Assembly (NCBI GenBank): GCA_950097015.1
Contig: CATNEN010000001.1
Location: 7,316,001-7,380,000 of the forward strand
Reading direction: 5' to 3'
Source of the DNA: Macrostomum hystrix
Taxonomy: Eukaryota; Animalia; Platyhelminthes
DNA: 64,000 nucleotides
The notes under the pieces were generated by a model, which saw only the letters and a list, made by a program, of their open reading frames with translations, had not been told where the DNA came from and searched no databases. Every line of letters begins with the position of its first letter. Within the stretch, counting starts at the first letter, position 1. This document shows, piece after piece, positions 23,651 through 55,101 of this stretch. The position numbers and the translations under genes are program-made.

Positions 23651-24352
23651 TCAGAATGGTGCTTCACGATGGCAATATTTGGCGCCGTCTAGCTGCAAAA
23701 TTGTATGCTGACCTAGCAGTGTGTGCGCTAACTCCAATTCGATAAACTTACCCACCTTAACTCTAACTAACAGACCATTTTTACCGCCTGTTTTGGGGAG
23801 GTCAGTAGGGGAGGTCAGTAGGGGAGGTCATGAGGGAGGTCATGGGGAGGTCAAGTGGGGAGGTCAAGAAAGGGAGGTCCCACAGTATGTACTCCACACT
23901 TTGCATTTTCCTATAAAACATCAGTATCTAATAAGGACAAAATAATTACTGTTAAAATTGCCACAGAAGCAATGCAAGTGGTTCGCTGCAAACCATTGCT
24001 GGACAGAAACAGTTGCACCTGCAAAAACTGCATTGCTTACTTTTATTTAAAACACGAAGGTAAATTTAGCTGAAGTGGCATTTACCAGCACACACTTAAA
24101 CAAAAGTAAAAGTGCTAGTTAGGAAAGTGAGAAATTAGACTGAATAGCAACAATAGGAGAAGCTTTAAAAATCGATACTAGTAAAATTTGTGAGAAAATT
24201 AAAGGTTTTATCAAAGGGCATATACTAAAATGTTAATTAATTGCACTGATTTATAAAGTCTACCTAAAATGCGCATGATTATTAAAATAATTAATATAAT
24301 TGCTCATGGTTAATGGCCTGCAAGTCAGAATCACTGTTTAACAGCGGTGGGA

Positions 24353-27300
24353 TCATTGTCCCACAAACTTTCTTTCCTCTCCGCGGGCCAGCAGGACCTC
24401 TCGTTCCAACGTTGGTCCCTTCCGTTCCGGCGCGAAGCTGGTCTTCTCGAAGCTCTGACCGCCGCACCTGCGACACGGCTCTGTCGGATAGCGACAGTCC
24501 AATGTGAAGGTGTTCTGCTTGCAGTCCTTGCACCTGAGGAGTGTGTCAGAGTCAGATCTGTGTTAGGACTATAGTAGCTGAACTCCTTCTCTGGAGGAAA
24601 TATCCCACCAATGAGAAAAAGGGGAAAAATCCGTATTGCATGAATTTAATCAGTTAACGGTGGGACTAACAACAGCGGATGGAGTCCCCCTGACAATTAT
24701 TTTCGCTGCACCCGAACGGAGCAACGCAAGCACACGAAACTCAAGAACACGGGCAAGCTTCTTGTTGCACATCCTCCGAAACAAGAATCATGTCACCAGC
24801 TCTTCAGACTCAACGGTTCAAGCGCTAGTGTATTTCAAACAACCCTCCACACTAATTTGCACTGCGCCTCAGTGCGGACTTGCCAGGCCTTCCAACTTTA
24901 TCAGCATGTCAGCCGAATGTGCCTGCGCAATATCGAGTTCGGTGGTCACCGACTTTTATCTAGACGGAGCTGCCACCCCGATGATCTCAAGGGCTGGCGA
25001 CTTGACTCTCTATTTTCAGAAGTTTCAAAGGTCGAATAGCGGCGGCAAAGTAGCTTGGTATTCCCACTGCTAAACTCAAACTCACTTGAAAGGTCGCTTA
25101 ACAGCGCTTGTCCAATTGAGCCGGTGACCCTCCCGTTTGCAACGCTCGCTCGGCTGCTGACAGCGAACTCCGCATTCGACACAGTCGGCAACGCGCACCT
25201 TCCGTTCGCTGATGGTGGCCAATTTGGCTTCGACTTGCTCCCGACGCTCCAGCGTGTTGAAGTAGCGGTCCTGCTCATCCGACACTCGCTGGCTGGCCAA
25301 ATCAGCGTAGGCCGACGACTGCGACAGGAGGCGCTTAAACTCTGGCGACTCGGTGTCCACATTGCCCAACAGCCGGTGCCGCTTCGGAGCTGTCGAAGGT
25401 GCAACGGGCTGGTCACCAACAGCCGCGTCGGCATCGGTGTCCTCCAGGCGCTGACTGAGCTCGGCTTGACGTCGCTCAGTCTGCTGCTGTTGCAGCTGCT
25501 GCATACCGCCCGCAGCTCGCATCTGCCAGAGCAGAGGTGAGAAATGACTGCAGTGCAGACTGTAGAAAAAGTGAACACCATACGATAACATGGAGGGTAG
25601 AGGAACAGACAATTTGAGAGGGGGCGAGGTGGCGACCAATCCGAATGCAGAGAGGGATTGAGAGTGAGCTAGAAGGTAGAGAGGAGTGAGAACCAGATAG
25701 AACTGGAATGGTACAAGATGAACGAGAGGGCAGGATAATAAAAGACGAAAGTCGCCAGAGATGACGTAATCGTGGCGCTGTTACCCAGATCTTCGATGAT
25801 TTCAGCTTCATTTCAGCATCCTACTTCCTATCAGTATGTCGCTGGCTGCGGCTCTACTGTGATCAACGAGCCCAAATGCCAACTCCACTTCCACAAAGCT
25901 CACCTTCCTAATAGCCCTCAGCTTGGCAATCTCTCCAACCGTCATCACCGTCGGCTTGGGTAACGACGGGCCAACGTTGGGGGCAGGTTTTTCAGCGGAC
26001 GAAGTCGAAATCACAGAATCGTCGCCCAGCTCGACGACATCGCCGACACTGCCGCGGCCCAGCTGAGGTCGAAAGTCACGATTCATGCCAGCTGCGAAGC
26101 TGGAAAACGACAGATTAGTGCCGCTGCTGGGATCCGGCATGCCAACACGGCTGGCGCCGGAGAAAGGCAAAGATGCTGCTGCTGCTGCTTTTGCTGAATT
26201 CTGGCCCTGCTGCAGCTTTGCCGCGGCCGCTGTGACTTCCAGAGAGCGACGAAGCATGCGAGCTCCAGGAGAATTGAGAGCCGATGAGCCTTGCTGCTGA
26301 AGAAACGATTTGATGCCGCCGCCGCTGCCAACGTCGCTGCGTGAAATCTGCGCCGAAATGGCAGAACCCGATTGTTGCGCCAAGGAGTTGCTGCTGCCGC
26401 TTTTCAGAAAAGTGACGCCCAACGGTTTGGCAGCGGCTACAGCTGACGGCTGGTGTGGCTGAGGATGAGGTGGTGTTGAAGGAGTGAGGTGGGTGGCGAC
26501 GAAGTGAGGTGGCAATCGATGGAGTGAGGTGGCTATCGACGGAGTGATGTGGGTATCGATGGAGTGAGGTGGGTATCGATGGAGTGAGGTGGGTATCGAT
26601 AGAGTGAGGTGGGTGTCAATGAAGTGAGGTGGGTGTCAACGGAGTGAGATGGGTATCGATGGAGTGAGGTGGGTATCGATAGAGTGAGGTGGGTGTCAAT
26701 GAAGTGAGGTGGGTGTCAACGGAGTGAGATGGGTATCGATGGAGTGAGGTGGGTATCGATGGAGTGAGGTGGGTGTCAACGGAGTGAGGTGGGCATCGAT
26801 GAAGTGAGGTGGGTGTCAACGGAGTGAAATGAGCTTCGACGGAGGGAGAAGGGCGTCGAGGGTTTGGTTAAATACACGACGGCAGAATGCGGTTTTATTT
26901 CCTACCATACAAAGCTTACCTCGCGATACTTCCTAGGCTCTACGCCTACAAAGGTGGACGCTACATCAGAGCGCTTGCTGGCCAGCCTTCGGTACTCCTG
27001 CCCAGCGTGGTACTCGCACACTTGGCAAGCGGCCAAGTTGACACCATTCTGACAGCGACCGCCGCCGTTACCTGATTTGGTTGGCCGACCGCAGACGCCG
27101 TAGTCGGCCGCTTTGCCCAGAACCAGCAGCTGCTGCGGATTGTCTATGGCCAGACTAACACCTGGAATTGAGGCATACGGAATGATTCAGAAAGCAGCTT
27201 TTAACCTAACCTTAAAACTTAACATAAAGTTAGCAAATTTTTGCAAATATACATACCGATGTCTTTATTCACTCAGAGATCCCAAATATCCACAGAGACT

Positions 27301-28611
27301 CAGATCCCGATTATCCCCAACATAAAGCAAGACACGAACCGCCGCTGCCGCCGGGTCTCGATGGCATAACCCTGGGCTGCAGAACAGCCACGGCCAAACC
27401 TGTGCTGGCCTCCTTCCAATGCGCCTCGTGCACTTTGCCGAATAGGAACAGGCCGACCGGCTGCTGCCCGAGTCGATCTAGATCGGCCAGCCGCCAGATT
27501 GAATACGACGACCTGCCGCCTCCGCTGCCACCGCCGCCCGACGGCTTCTGCTGCTGAATAGCTGCCACCAGAACACCGACTAGTACAGCTTGCACACTGT
27601 CGGTGCGGCACTGCTCAAGCTGGCGACTCAACAGCTCGCCGCTAGTTGCTATGGCAACCAATCGTCTGCCGCGCATCAATCGCTGCTCCCAGTCGAGAGA
27701 GGACACTCTAAGGCGAGTTAGGCGCAGCCGGGTACCCGGCAGAATTGTTGAATCTCCAACCGAAGCCGATCTGCTGCCCGACGACTGGCCGAAGTCTGAC
27801 TTCAGCGCTGCCACAAGAGCTTCGCGTTTGGCTTTGAGCTCCTCGGCTAAAGCCTGCTGCTGCTGTTGCTTCTTGGCTGGAAGACATGGAAACGGTGAAA
27901 AAAAGTTTTTGTTAGCCAGACACCCAGCTCTAGCATTGCTTCACATTGCTTCATGAGTAGAATAATTTTCCAACCGCTGTTAAATGATTAGCAATGACCG
28001 AAGCCCTCTAAAATCATAAGCAACTCACCTTCTTCAACATTAGAAGACTCTGTGACTCTACTGTCTTTGGCATCGTCGTCGACGTCCAACAGGCGTCTGT
28101 CTCTGAACCTGGCCTCTGCGGCCTCTTCAGCCAGTCGCATCCGCTTGAACACCTGCTGGCCAAACTCCGACAGGGCGGCATTTTCAACTTCATCGTCGCC
28201 AAATGCGGCAGCCTCTGAGGCGTCGCGCTTCTGACGACGAGCCCCGACGCCGCCACCATCGCCGCCGTCTAGATCGTCGATGCCCAACTGGCTGTCTCGG
28301 CCGCAGGGCAGGTAAGAGCCGCCCCTGCGTTCCAGCTCCTTGTTGATTTTGTCCACCAAGCGGCTGGTGTTGCCAGCCTTGGTGCCGGCGGCAGCTGGAG
28401 AAGCGGCAGCCGGACACGGACTGCTCAGCACAGCCTCAATGCCGATGTCCGAGTAGCCGCAGTTCGACTTCTCCTGCTTCTGCTTCTCCAACTGTCTGGC
28501 TTTGAAATCTTCAATGTTCTCCTCTTGAATACAATCCCAATCCGAGTCGTCTGAATTTGAATTCGAGCTGCTTTCCGAGTTGTCCCAGGCCGTTGGCGGT
28601 TTTTCTGACAT
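24353..28611 (-). CDS. MCM10: DNA replication factor MCM10, 6 exons
   Basis: Exons 28611-28029, 27876-27340, 27161-26920, ~26458-25904, 25522-25086, 24533-24353; OB-fold YSIWRLADL...LFLFGKVHEAHWK, CCCH finger CQNGVNLAACQVCEYH, C-terminal zinc motifs and LLARGEE end. Confidence 0.93.
26480..26845. repeat. 20-bp minisatellite GGAGTGAGGTGGGTATCGAT, MCM10 intron 3
   Basis: Visible tandem array. Confidence 0.95.
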
Positions 28612-28654
28612 TCTCACGCGGCTGAATGATTAGCGATTGGAAATTGTGAGAATA

Positions 28655-28698
28655 TCCAGTCCCCAAGGGCGTGGGTTCGTATCCCACCGCTGCCACCA
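28655..28698 (+). pseudogene. 3' half of a tRNA-Leu (long variable arm) ending in CCA
   Basis: TCCAG-TCCCCAAGGGC-GTGGGTTCGTATCCCAC-CGCTGCCA-CCA matches the 3' half of metazoan tRNA-Leu(AAG/TAG); no D-arm or anticodon upstream. Confidence 0.75.
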
Positions 28699-28864
28699 TC
28701 TTTTAACAAATTAAGAATGATAGAACCAGTTCCAGTAAATGAAACCCTACGTGTCTCAACGCTTAACTCATATATTTATAGAGCCGATTAAAATAGGGTG
28801 GTACAAATAAAAATCCACTTCATACACACATATCTACCTACCTTGACCGATTCAAAGAAAAATC

Positions 28865-28985
28865 TGTGTCCCTTAGAAAGATACTTAACTCTGAATTGCT
28901 TCAATTTAATCGGCTGTTAAAAATGGTAATTGAGGCTGGTTGTGGCGGCCCACCGGTCCATGGACTGAACAGTCATGGTCCATCA
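28865..28985 (+). mobile_element. CORE-like SINE family B internal fragment
   Basis: GTGTCCCTTAGAAAGATACTTAACTCTGAATTGCTTCA...GTCCATGGACTGAACAG. Confidence 0.6.
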
Positions 28986-29754
28986 GTCTGTTTATATATG
29001 CAATACACGTAGCGAGAAAACAATTACTTTGAAATAAAGCAAATCAAAAATTTGATGGCTATTTCTGATAACATTGCGAATTTCTTTGCATTTTGTATTT
29101 TTTAAGCTTTTGTACAGCAACAGCTGCTAAAAATCTACTGGTAAATAGAAAATATCGATAAAAAGCAGTTCATAAGCTTCTAATACTTCAATAGCTACTT
29201 TTGTCATGATTCTTGTAAAAAGCATAATTAATAGAACAATAAAGTTACAAGCAGACAAAGACCACAAATTAGGTCTAGAGCTAAACAAGGAATGCAACCA
29301 CAACACACAAACTTAATATACTGCTATATATTAAAATATACTGACTAGTAAGCTTAGACTAGGCTTGCACATGCTACTACTATTAGAAAGTAGTACAGCG
29401 AAGAAAGATATACTTGTATGACTAGATATTTGTCACTATCACAAAGCAAACAATCCATCTAGAAAATTATGTGCATATGAGATATTAGAACAACGCCTTT
29501 ACTTGTTTATATACTGCAGCAATAGGAGAAAAGGTATACGAGCTAGAAAACAAATACTTACTACTTACTACTAACAAATCGTAAGTAGTATTACGCTAAT
29601 TTTTTAACAAGGGTAAGGACGAAGGTAATTATTTCTCACAGAAAATTGTTTTACGCAGCATAACATTACATAACAAATTACGTCCTATTTCCCACAAATC
29701 TAAAGTCTAACAGATATTTAATTCGTACCACATTTTTTAAATGCCAAACATTTT

Positions 29755-30535
29755 TACGTCTTACAAGTATAACTCATTTCTACATGTCTAACAAGTCTAA
29801 TTCATTTCCACATGTCTAACAAGTCTAACTCATTTTCCACATGTCTAACAAGTCTAACACTTTTTCCACATGTCTAACAAGTCTAACACTTTTTCCACAT
29901 GTCTAACAAGTCTAACTCATTTCCACATGTCTAACAAGTCTAACTCATTTTCCACATGTCTAACAAGTCTAACTCATTTTCCACATGTCTAACAAGTCAA
30001 AATCATTTTCCACTGTCTAACAAGTCTAACTCATTTCCACATGTCTAACAAGTCTAACTCATTTCCACACGTCTTACAAGTATAACTCATTTCCACGTGT
30101 CTAACACATTTTCCACACGTCTAACAAGTCAAACTCATTTTCAGATGTCTAACAACTCTAATTCATTTCCACATGTCTAACACATTTTCCACATGTCTAA
30201 CACATTTCCACGTGTCTAACAATTCTAACTCATTTCCACATGTCTAACAACTCTAATTCATTTCCACATGTCTAACACATTTTCCACATGTCTAACAAGT
30301 CTAGCTTATTTTCCACATGTCTACCAAGTCTAACTCATTTTCCACATGTCTAACAAGTCTAACACATTTTCCACATGTCTAACAAGTCTAGCTTATTTTC
30401 CACATGTCTAACAAGTCTAACTCATTTTCCACATGTCTAACAAGTCTAACTCATTTTCCACATGTCTAACAAGTCTAACTTATTTTCCACATTACTAACA
30501 AGTCTAACTTATGTTCCACATGTCTAACAAGTCAA
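29755..30535. repeat. 28-29-bp minisatellite AAGTCTAACTCATTTTCCACATGTCTAAC, immediately 3' of the NALCN stop
   Basis: Visible tandem array. Confidence 0.95.
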
Positions 30536-30543
30536 ACAGGTGT

Positions 30544-49716
<19,173 letters not shown>

Positions 49717-52700
49717 CGCCTGGCCTTGACTGAATAGGCAAAGAAATATATTAATTTATAGCAGCCTTGCCTATGTTGATTGTTTTTTCTAGTTTATCTT
49801 GAATTAACCAATTGTAATCGTTTGTTTAGCAAGTTGCCAATTTTGGATAGGTAAGACAGGGCCGACTGCTGAAAGGAAAATTATACTTAAAACGTTGTAA
49901 ATGAAGCCTTCTAGGATTTTTAATGAATTTTTCTGACTTGTGTGAATCTCTGATTAGGTTGAATAATTTTTATACATAAATGCAAGTCATTCTATTATTT
50001 ATATTGTTTTAGTTGAGCACTTGAGCAAGTTATAAGGAAAATATAATACAACACTGATATTAATGATGTTTACACAGTTGCTTCTGACACTGATTTTGAT
50101 GCTTTGTGCACTTTCATACACATGCATTCAACTTGCCAAGTAAGTGGATAACATTTTTAAGGAAGATGGCAGGTTTTGGAGCCCTTAGGTTTAGTCAGCC
50201 TGAGCACTTTTGCATAGCCATGATTGACAGCAATTGGCTATAAGCATCAGAAGCATTGGGTCTTTTACATCCTGGAAACTTGTACCCTAGGACCATAAAC
50301 TTTTAAAAAGAGTGCACTTTTGATGCAGCAAAGCAATACTTCAGGTATTTTGTATAAAGCAATATTGTCAGGTATTGCTTCAGCAACACAGACAACATAG
50401 GCTTATAGTCAGAAATAAGATTCTTGCCCATGCGATATACAAAAATAGGGCCTTAGGTACTTGGCCTCCTATCAAAAACATCTGAACTCGATAACTGCTA
50501 GGATATTATATGACCCAGCTTACAGTGACGTTGGAATAGCAGCAAACATGAACAGCAAAGTGATGCTTAACTGCTCAAGCAGCAATTTGACTCACAAATC
50601 AAATTTTGAGGCCTAATTCATAGCCTATTAGAGATAGCAGATTTAAAATTAATCTAAGCTAAGCCATTAAAACTACACTTAGGAAAACATTGCAGTCTCC
50701 AAAAAAATTCTGTGCACAATCTTAAAATAATCTTAATCAACATTTGAATTCTTTATTCCTAGAATTTATTACATATCAAATTAAACTCATATTTGAAATA
50801 TCTAAAAAAGTTAATATACCTAAGCAATTATGAGTTTTTAGAGCCAAACAAGAAAAGAAATAAGTTTTAAAAAAAAAAAAGATAATCACATGAAATCTGA
50901 GAAAAAAAACATCTGATAACAACTACAAAACCCAGATATTCATGAATATGTTCCAAAACTTATTTGAAATTTTGAAACTTTCCAACTAATAAAATTCCAA
51001 CTTGTAATAAAAATATTACACTAATTCTGAATAAATGTATCAACTAATAAATAAATAAATTAATGTATAAATGCACTAATAAATGTATATTCTAAAATGG
51101 CAGGCTTTATACAATTTAGTAGGGCCTATATAACAGAAAACTCAGTTAGTATAGAGGCCTATTATAAGATGAGGCCCATGTTGTCCCCATAGGCTATTTT
51201 AGGGTATATATTTTCTGAAGTAAATAGGCAAACTGGCCATGATCATTCTCTTAGCATAGCTAATTACAAATATATTACAGCATCCAAGCCTCTTCATAAT
51301 TGGGCAACTTTGCTTTATGTATGCATTTTATCCTCATCTGCCCTGGAGCTAAGAGCCTCTTTGCAAGGATTAAAACTGTAAGACCTAAGTGCAACTTTTT
51401 TATTTGAATTCTATTCTTTTTATCTCTAGCTAACACAACTGATTTATACTTTACTTAATATATCACCTTGTATGCTCAATAATAATAACACTAGTCTAAT
51501 TAATTTTGACATTGATAGGCCTATATTAGACCTGTCTAGAGAGTAATAAAAATAAATGGATATTAAAACTAATCATGACAGCAACTAAAATAAGGGTTTC
51601 TTTAATGCTACTTGTGAACCTAATTTCCCAACTTTTAGAGTTAAAGCTTCATAAAGCCTACTAAGACTTTGTCTTCAGTCAACTCAAAAGTCAAATAGAA
51701 CTTGAATGGTTTAGCTAAATAATACAATATTATAATAGTAGCAAATGACAAAAAAAACTGAATGCTAGCCCTTGGCCTAGTCAGACTTTTTATATAAAAT
51801 GTACTAACATACTTTTATCGAATTAGCAATGAGTTTTTAGCTAACTGAAACTTCAGCCAGTTATAACATGCATAATAAAAAGGATATCTAAGCCTAAAAA
51901 CAATTTTAGTATGTCAAAAAAATGCTGAGAGGTCCATTCAAGTTTTGTTACACATCAATATACAATACACTAAAAGTTCTATTTAAAAAATACTGTGTTG
52001 GTAATTATATTTGTCAGTCTGCTTGTTAATTTGTGCGCTAATATTTCGTCTTTGTGCACCTTTTTAAACCAATGATAAAACACAACTAAGTGTTCTTACC
52101 TAAATTACAGTGTAAACAAGCACTTATTTTTTTAGCTTTAGTCCCAATAGCTAATCATCACGCTTCACATGATGCAGAGTCACATAGGATAGACCTTTAT
52201 TTTAATTTTTCCTAGAAATACAAAACTTTAAACCTAAACATAAACCTAATATTTAAAACCTAACTTAATTGGAAAAGTAAAACAACTTACTTTATCTAGA
52301 CTTTAATATTGCCATATTTATCTACTAAATATTCTGAAAAGTTCGCTTAATAAACGTATTTTTTGCTCCAAAGGCCTAAAAAATTATAAGAGTTGTTGGA
52401 CTTATCGTGTGTACGTTTTGCATTTCGCTTTTAAATTTCAGCATGCAGGTGCAGTTGCATGCAACAAAAATCATAGAATAGAGATATTACAGTTTTATAG
52501 GAGATTACATGTTAATATGAACAATTTTTGTCTTGCTGTAAACAATATACCTCATAATATGTTTAAAGTTTCAAGCCCGATGCAAGAACCACTTCGAGTA
52601 GTAGACTATATTACTCTATGGTAACTTGTGGTCCTTAGTGGATAGTTGCTGTTTCTAAAGTTTTTTTATTTAGATGAACAGATATAAAATGCCGGAAAAT

Positions 52701-54530
52701 TTGAAGATTTTGTTTTTTGTTTTTGCACGAAACTGTAGTGCTGGAGATGCTAGAACTGACAATAAAATATTAACGAGCATATTTATTTATTTTTTTAACT
52801 AAGCGCTTTACAGCGCAGACATTACTTGTAAAACAGCAAAGAAGGAATTCTTTGAAACAAATATCTAGTAATCCTCACCTAGTTATGCGAATTGCTTACA
52901 ATATTTAACAAGAAGCTTCACTCTCGAGATAGAGCTCTTAAGTAGGAAAAACATGAGAATAGAGAAAAAGCACAGCAAAACTGTTGCAATGCAAACACAT
53001 AACTTCAAATAAATGTAAAAAATAATGTTTAAAAATACATAGTGATTACGGGAAGGTGTGATATATATAAAGGTTTTCAAAATACGCATTTTATGATTGA
53101 TAATACCATTCACTTGGAACAATGAATTTGAGCGAATTAATTTTTGGCCATTGCTGAATTACATAAGCATAATTAAAAAATTAAAAGCACACTTGAGTTT
53201 AAACTAAAAACTTAATGCACAATTTTAAGAAGAAATTAGAGCTTTTATTAGAACTTGTCGTCTTTTGAATTCGTTTCGCACAATTTCCTTTTTTAACATT
53301 AAAAACCGAACATAAATCGATGTTGCTTGCACTAATATTAGTGTGAATGTAATATTTAAAATAATAAAAATGGGAAATATTTTTAATTTCTAAAATTCAG
53401 AGTCTAAGTTTCATAAAGCAGGCTGACTTGATTGTGTTGGAATCAAATACCACGGATGTTATACATTAACAAACTAAAAAGCGATAAGTAAAATATTAGA
53501 AACGAGTACAGGATTTTGTCTGTAAGGATGTATGAGCACAGTTCGTAAAAAAATCAGAATATCGGAATTAAATGGGGTTTTCGATATTGACAGAATTAGC
53601 TACTACAGCTTTGCTAATAAAAACCGGCCCAAAAAGACGAGTGGACAAAGTTGGCAATTTTAATTGTCTGCGTTGATTTGGCGCCTTCATTCACCAAGCA
53701 AATTGGTGATGCAACCACCTGCTGAACAAAAAGACAACAAAACTAGAGAACTATGAGTATAAGTTTATAAAACTTGCATATTAGCAAATTAAACCTTAGC
53801 AGAGTAATTAACAAGGCTTTAAGTACTGATCGCTGAAAAACTACACTATTGCTACTACTAAAGAACGAACAGACAGTAGTACGTATACTGCATGGATTAT
53901 GGAACAAAGAAGCAAAAATGATAACATAAAAGAACTTTTCACAAACATTATTGCAACAACCCGCGCACTGACAAGATGCTCGAAACACAGAAAAAAAAGA
54001 AAACAAATTGAAAATCAACGCAAATTAACTACAGTTCTGCAACACACTGACAGCATCCCTGCTTTGAAAGTATAGAACAAAGAGTTATGAAAGCGATTTT
54101 AAGCCACAGAAAAAATGATAACAAAGAAGCAATGTGAGAAGTTGTACTGCTATTCCAACTTTACTACTTGGATACAGTTCTCTCCGTTTCTATAGATGTT
54201 TTCTAATTTAGGCAAGAAAGTTTTAAAGCAACCTTGAATAAATGATGCACAATATAACAAAGGAACTACGTTCGTATGCTGCAGGTGTGCTAAAATACAT
54301 GTGCTAATGAACAATGTGAAAATGGTAGTATTAAAGCAAAAACAAGAGCAAGAACAAATAAATAAAACCAGATTTGGTTAGGGGACAGGAACACGGAAAA
54401 AACAGCGTTAAGCAAACTTTGATTGGCCTGAAAGATTTGAAGACAAAAGCAAACAGAACATTTATAACACAAAGAAATTTTTTTATGTCTTATTCGAGAA
54501 AAAGTTTTTTTCGGTCCATCCGTCGATGCG

Positions 54531-55069
54531 CTAATTAACATAATGAGCATAGATGTCAGATCCGGCTAGCATGGCAGACAGGGCGGCCGGATTGAAAAAT
54601 CCAGCCGACGATGCGGCTGCCGCGGCAGCAGCTGCGGCGGCTGCCGCATGGGCACTCTGCTGCTGCTGTGGCAGCTGCTGCTGATGATGAAACGGCAGCA
54701 TGGCATTGTGATGCTGATAGCCGTTATTAGCTGCGGCGGCGGCTGCGGCGGCAGCAGCAGCGGCAAAATAAGCCGCCGTCGGATCAACCATGCCAGCGGT
54801 GGACACTGGCGTGGCGGTCTGGTACAGCTGAGGAAAACCCGCTGCTCCACTGGCGAACTGATAGGCCGAATCTGAGCCAAGTCGAGCAGTAGCAGCCGAT
54901 GATCCTGACGAGCTCGGCGGTGTCAAAGTTGGCGACTGTGACTGTTGCTGCGGCTGATGCTGTTGAATTTGCAGCTGCTGATGCTGCGGCAGCGGTGATT
55001 GGGCTAGGGGTAGGCCGGCTGTTAGCGGCATTGCGGCAAAGTTTGAAGCTGAAAATGAAAAAGTTTTTT

Positions 55070-55101
<32 letters not shown>

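Noticed and set aside
22722-23711. Plus-strand ORFs overlapping the NHL gene, and similar shadow ORFs over MCM10 and NALCN exons
   Set aside because: Antisense shadows of GC-rich coding sequence
24636-25073. 145-aa plus-strand ORF or possible transposase relic in the last MCM10 intron
   Set aside because: No recognisable domain, TIR or TSD could be established
25785-25830. Extra MCM10 micro-exon (DAEMKLKSSKIW)
   Set aside because: Poor acceptor; flanking exons join in frame without it
28655-28720. Functional tRNA gene or canonical LTR plus PBS
   Set aside because: No 5' half or A box; no LTR-ending CA adjacent to the TGG on the minus strand
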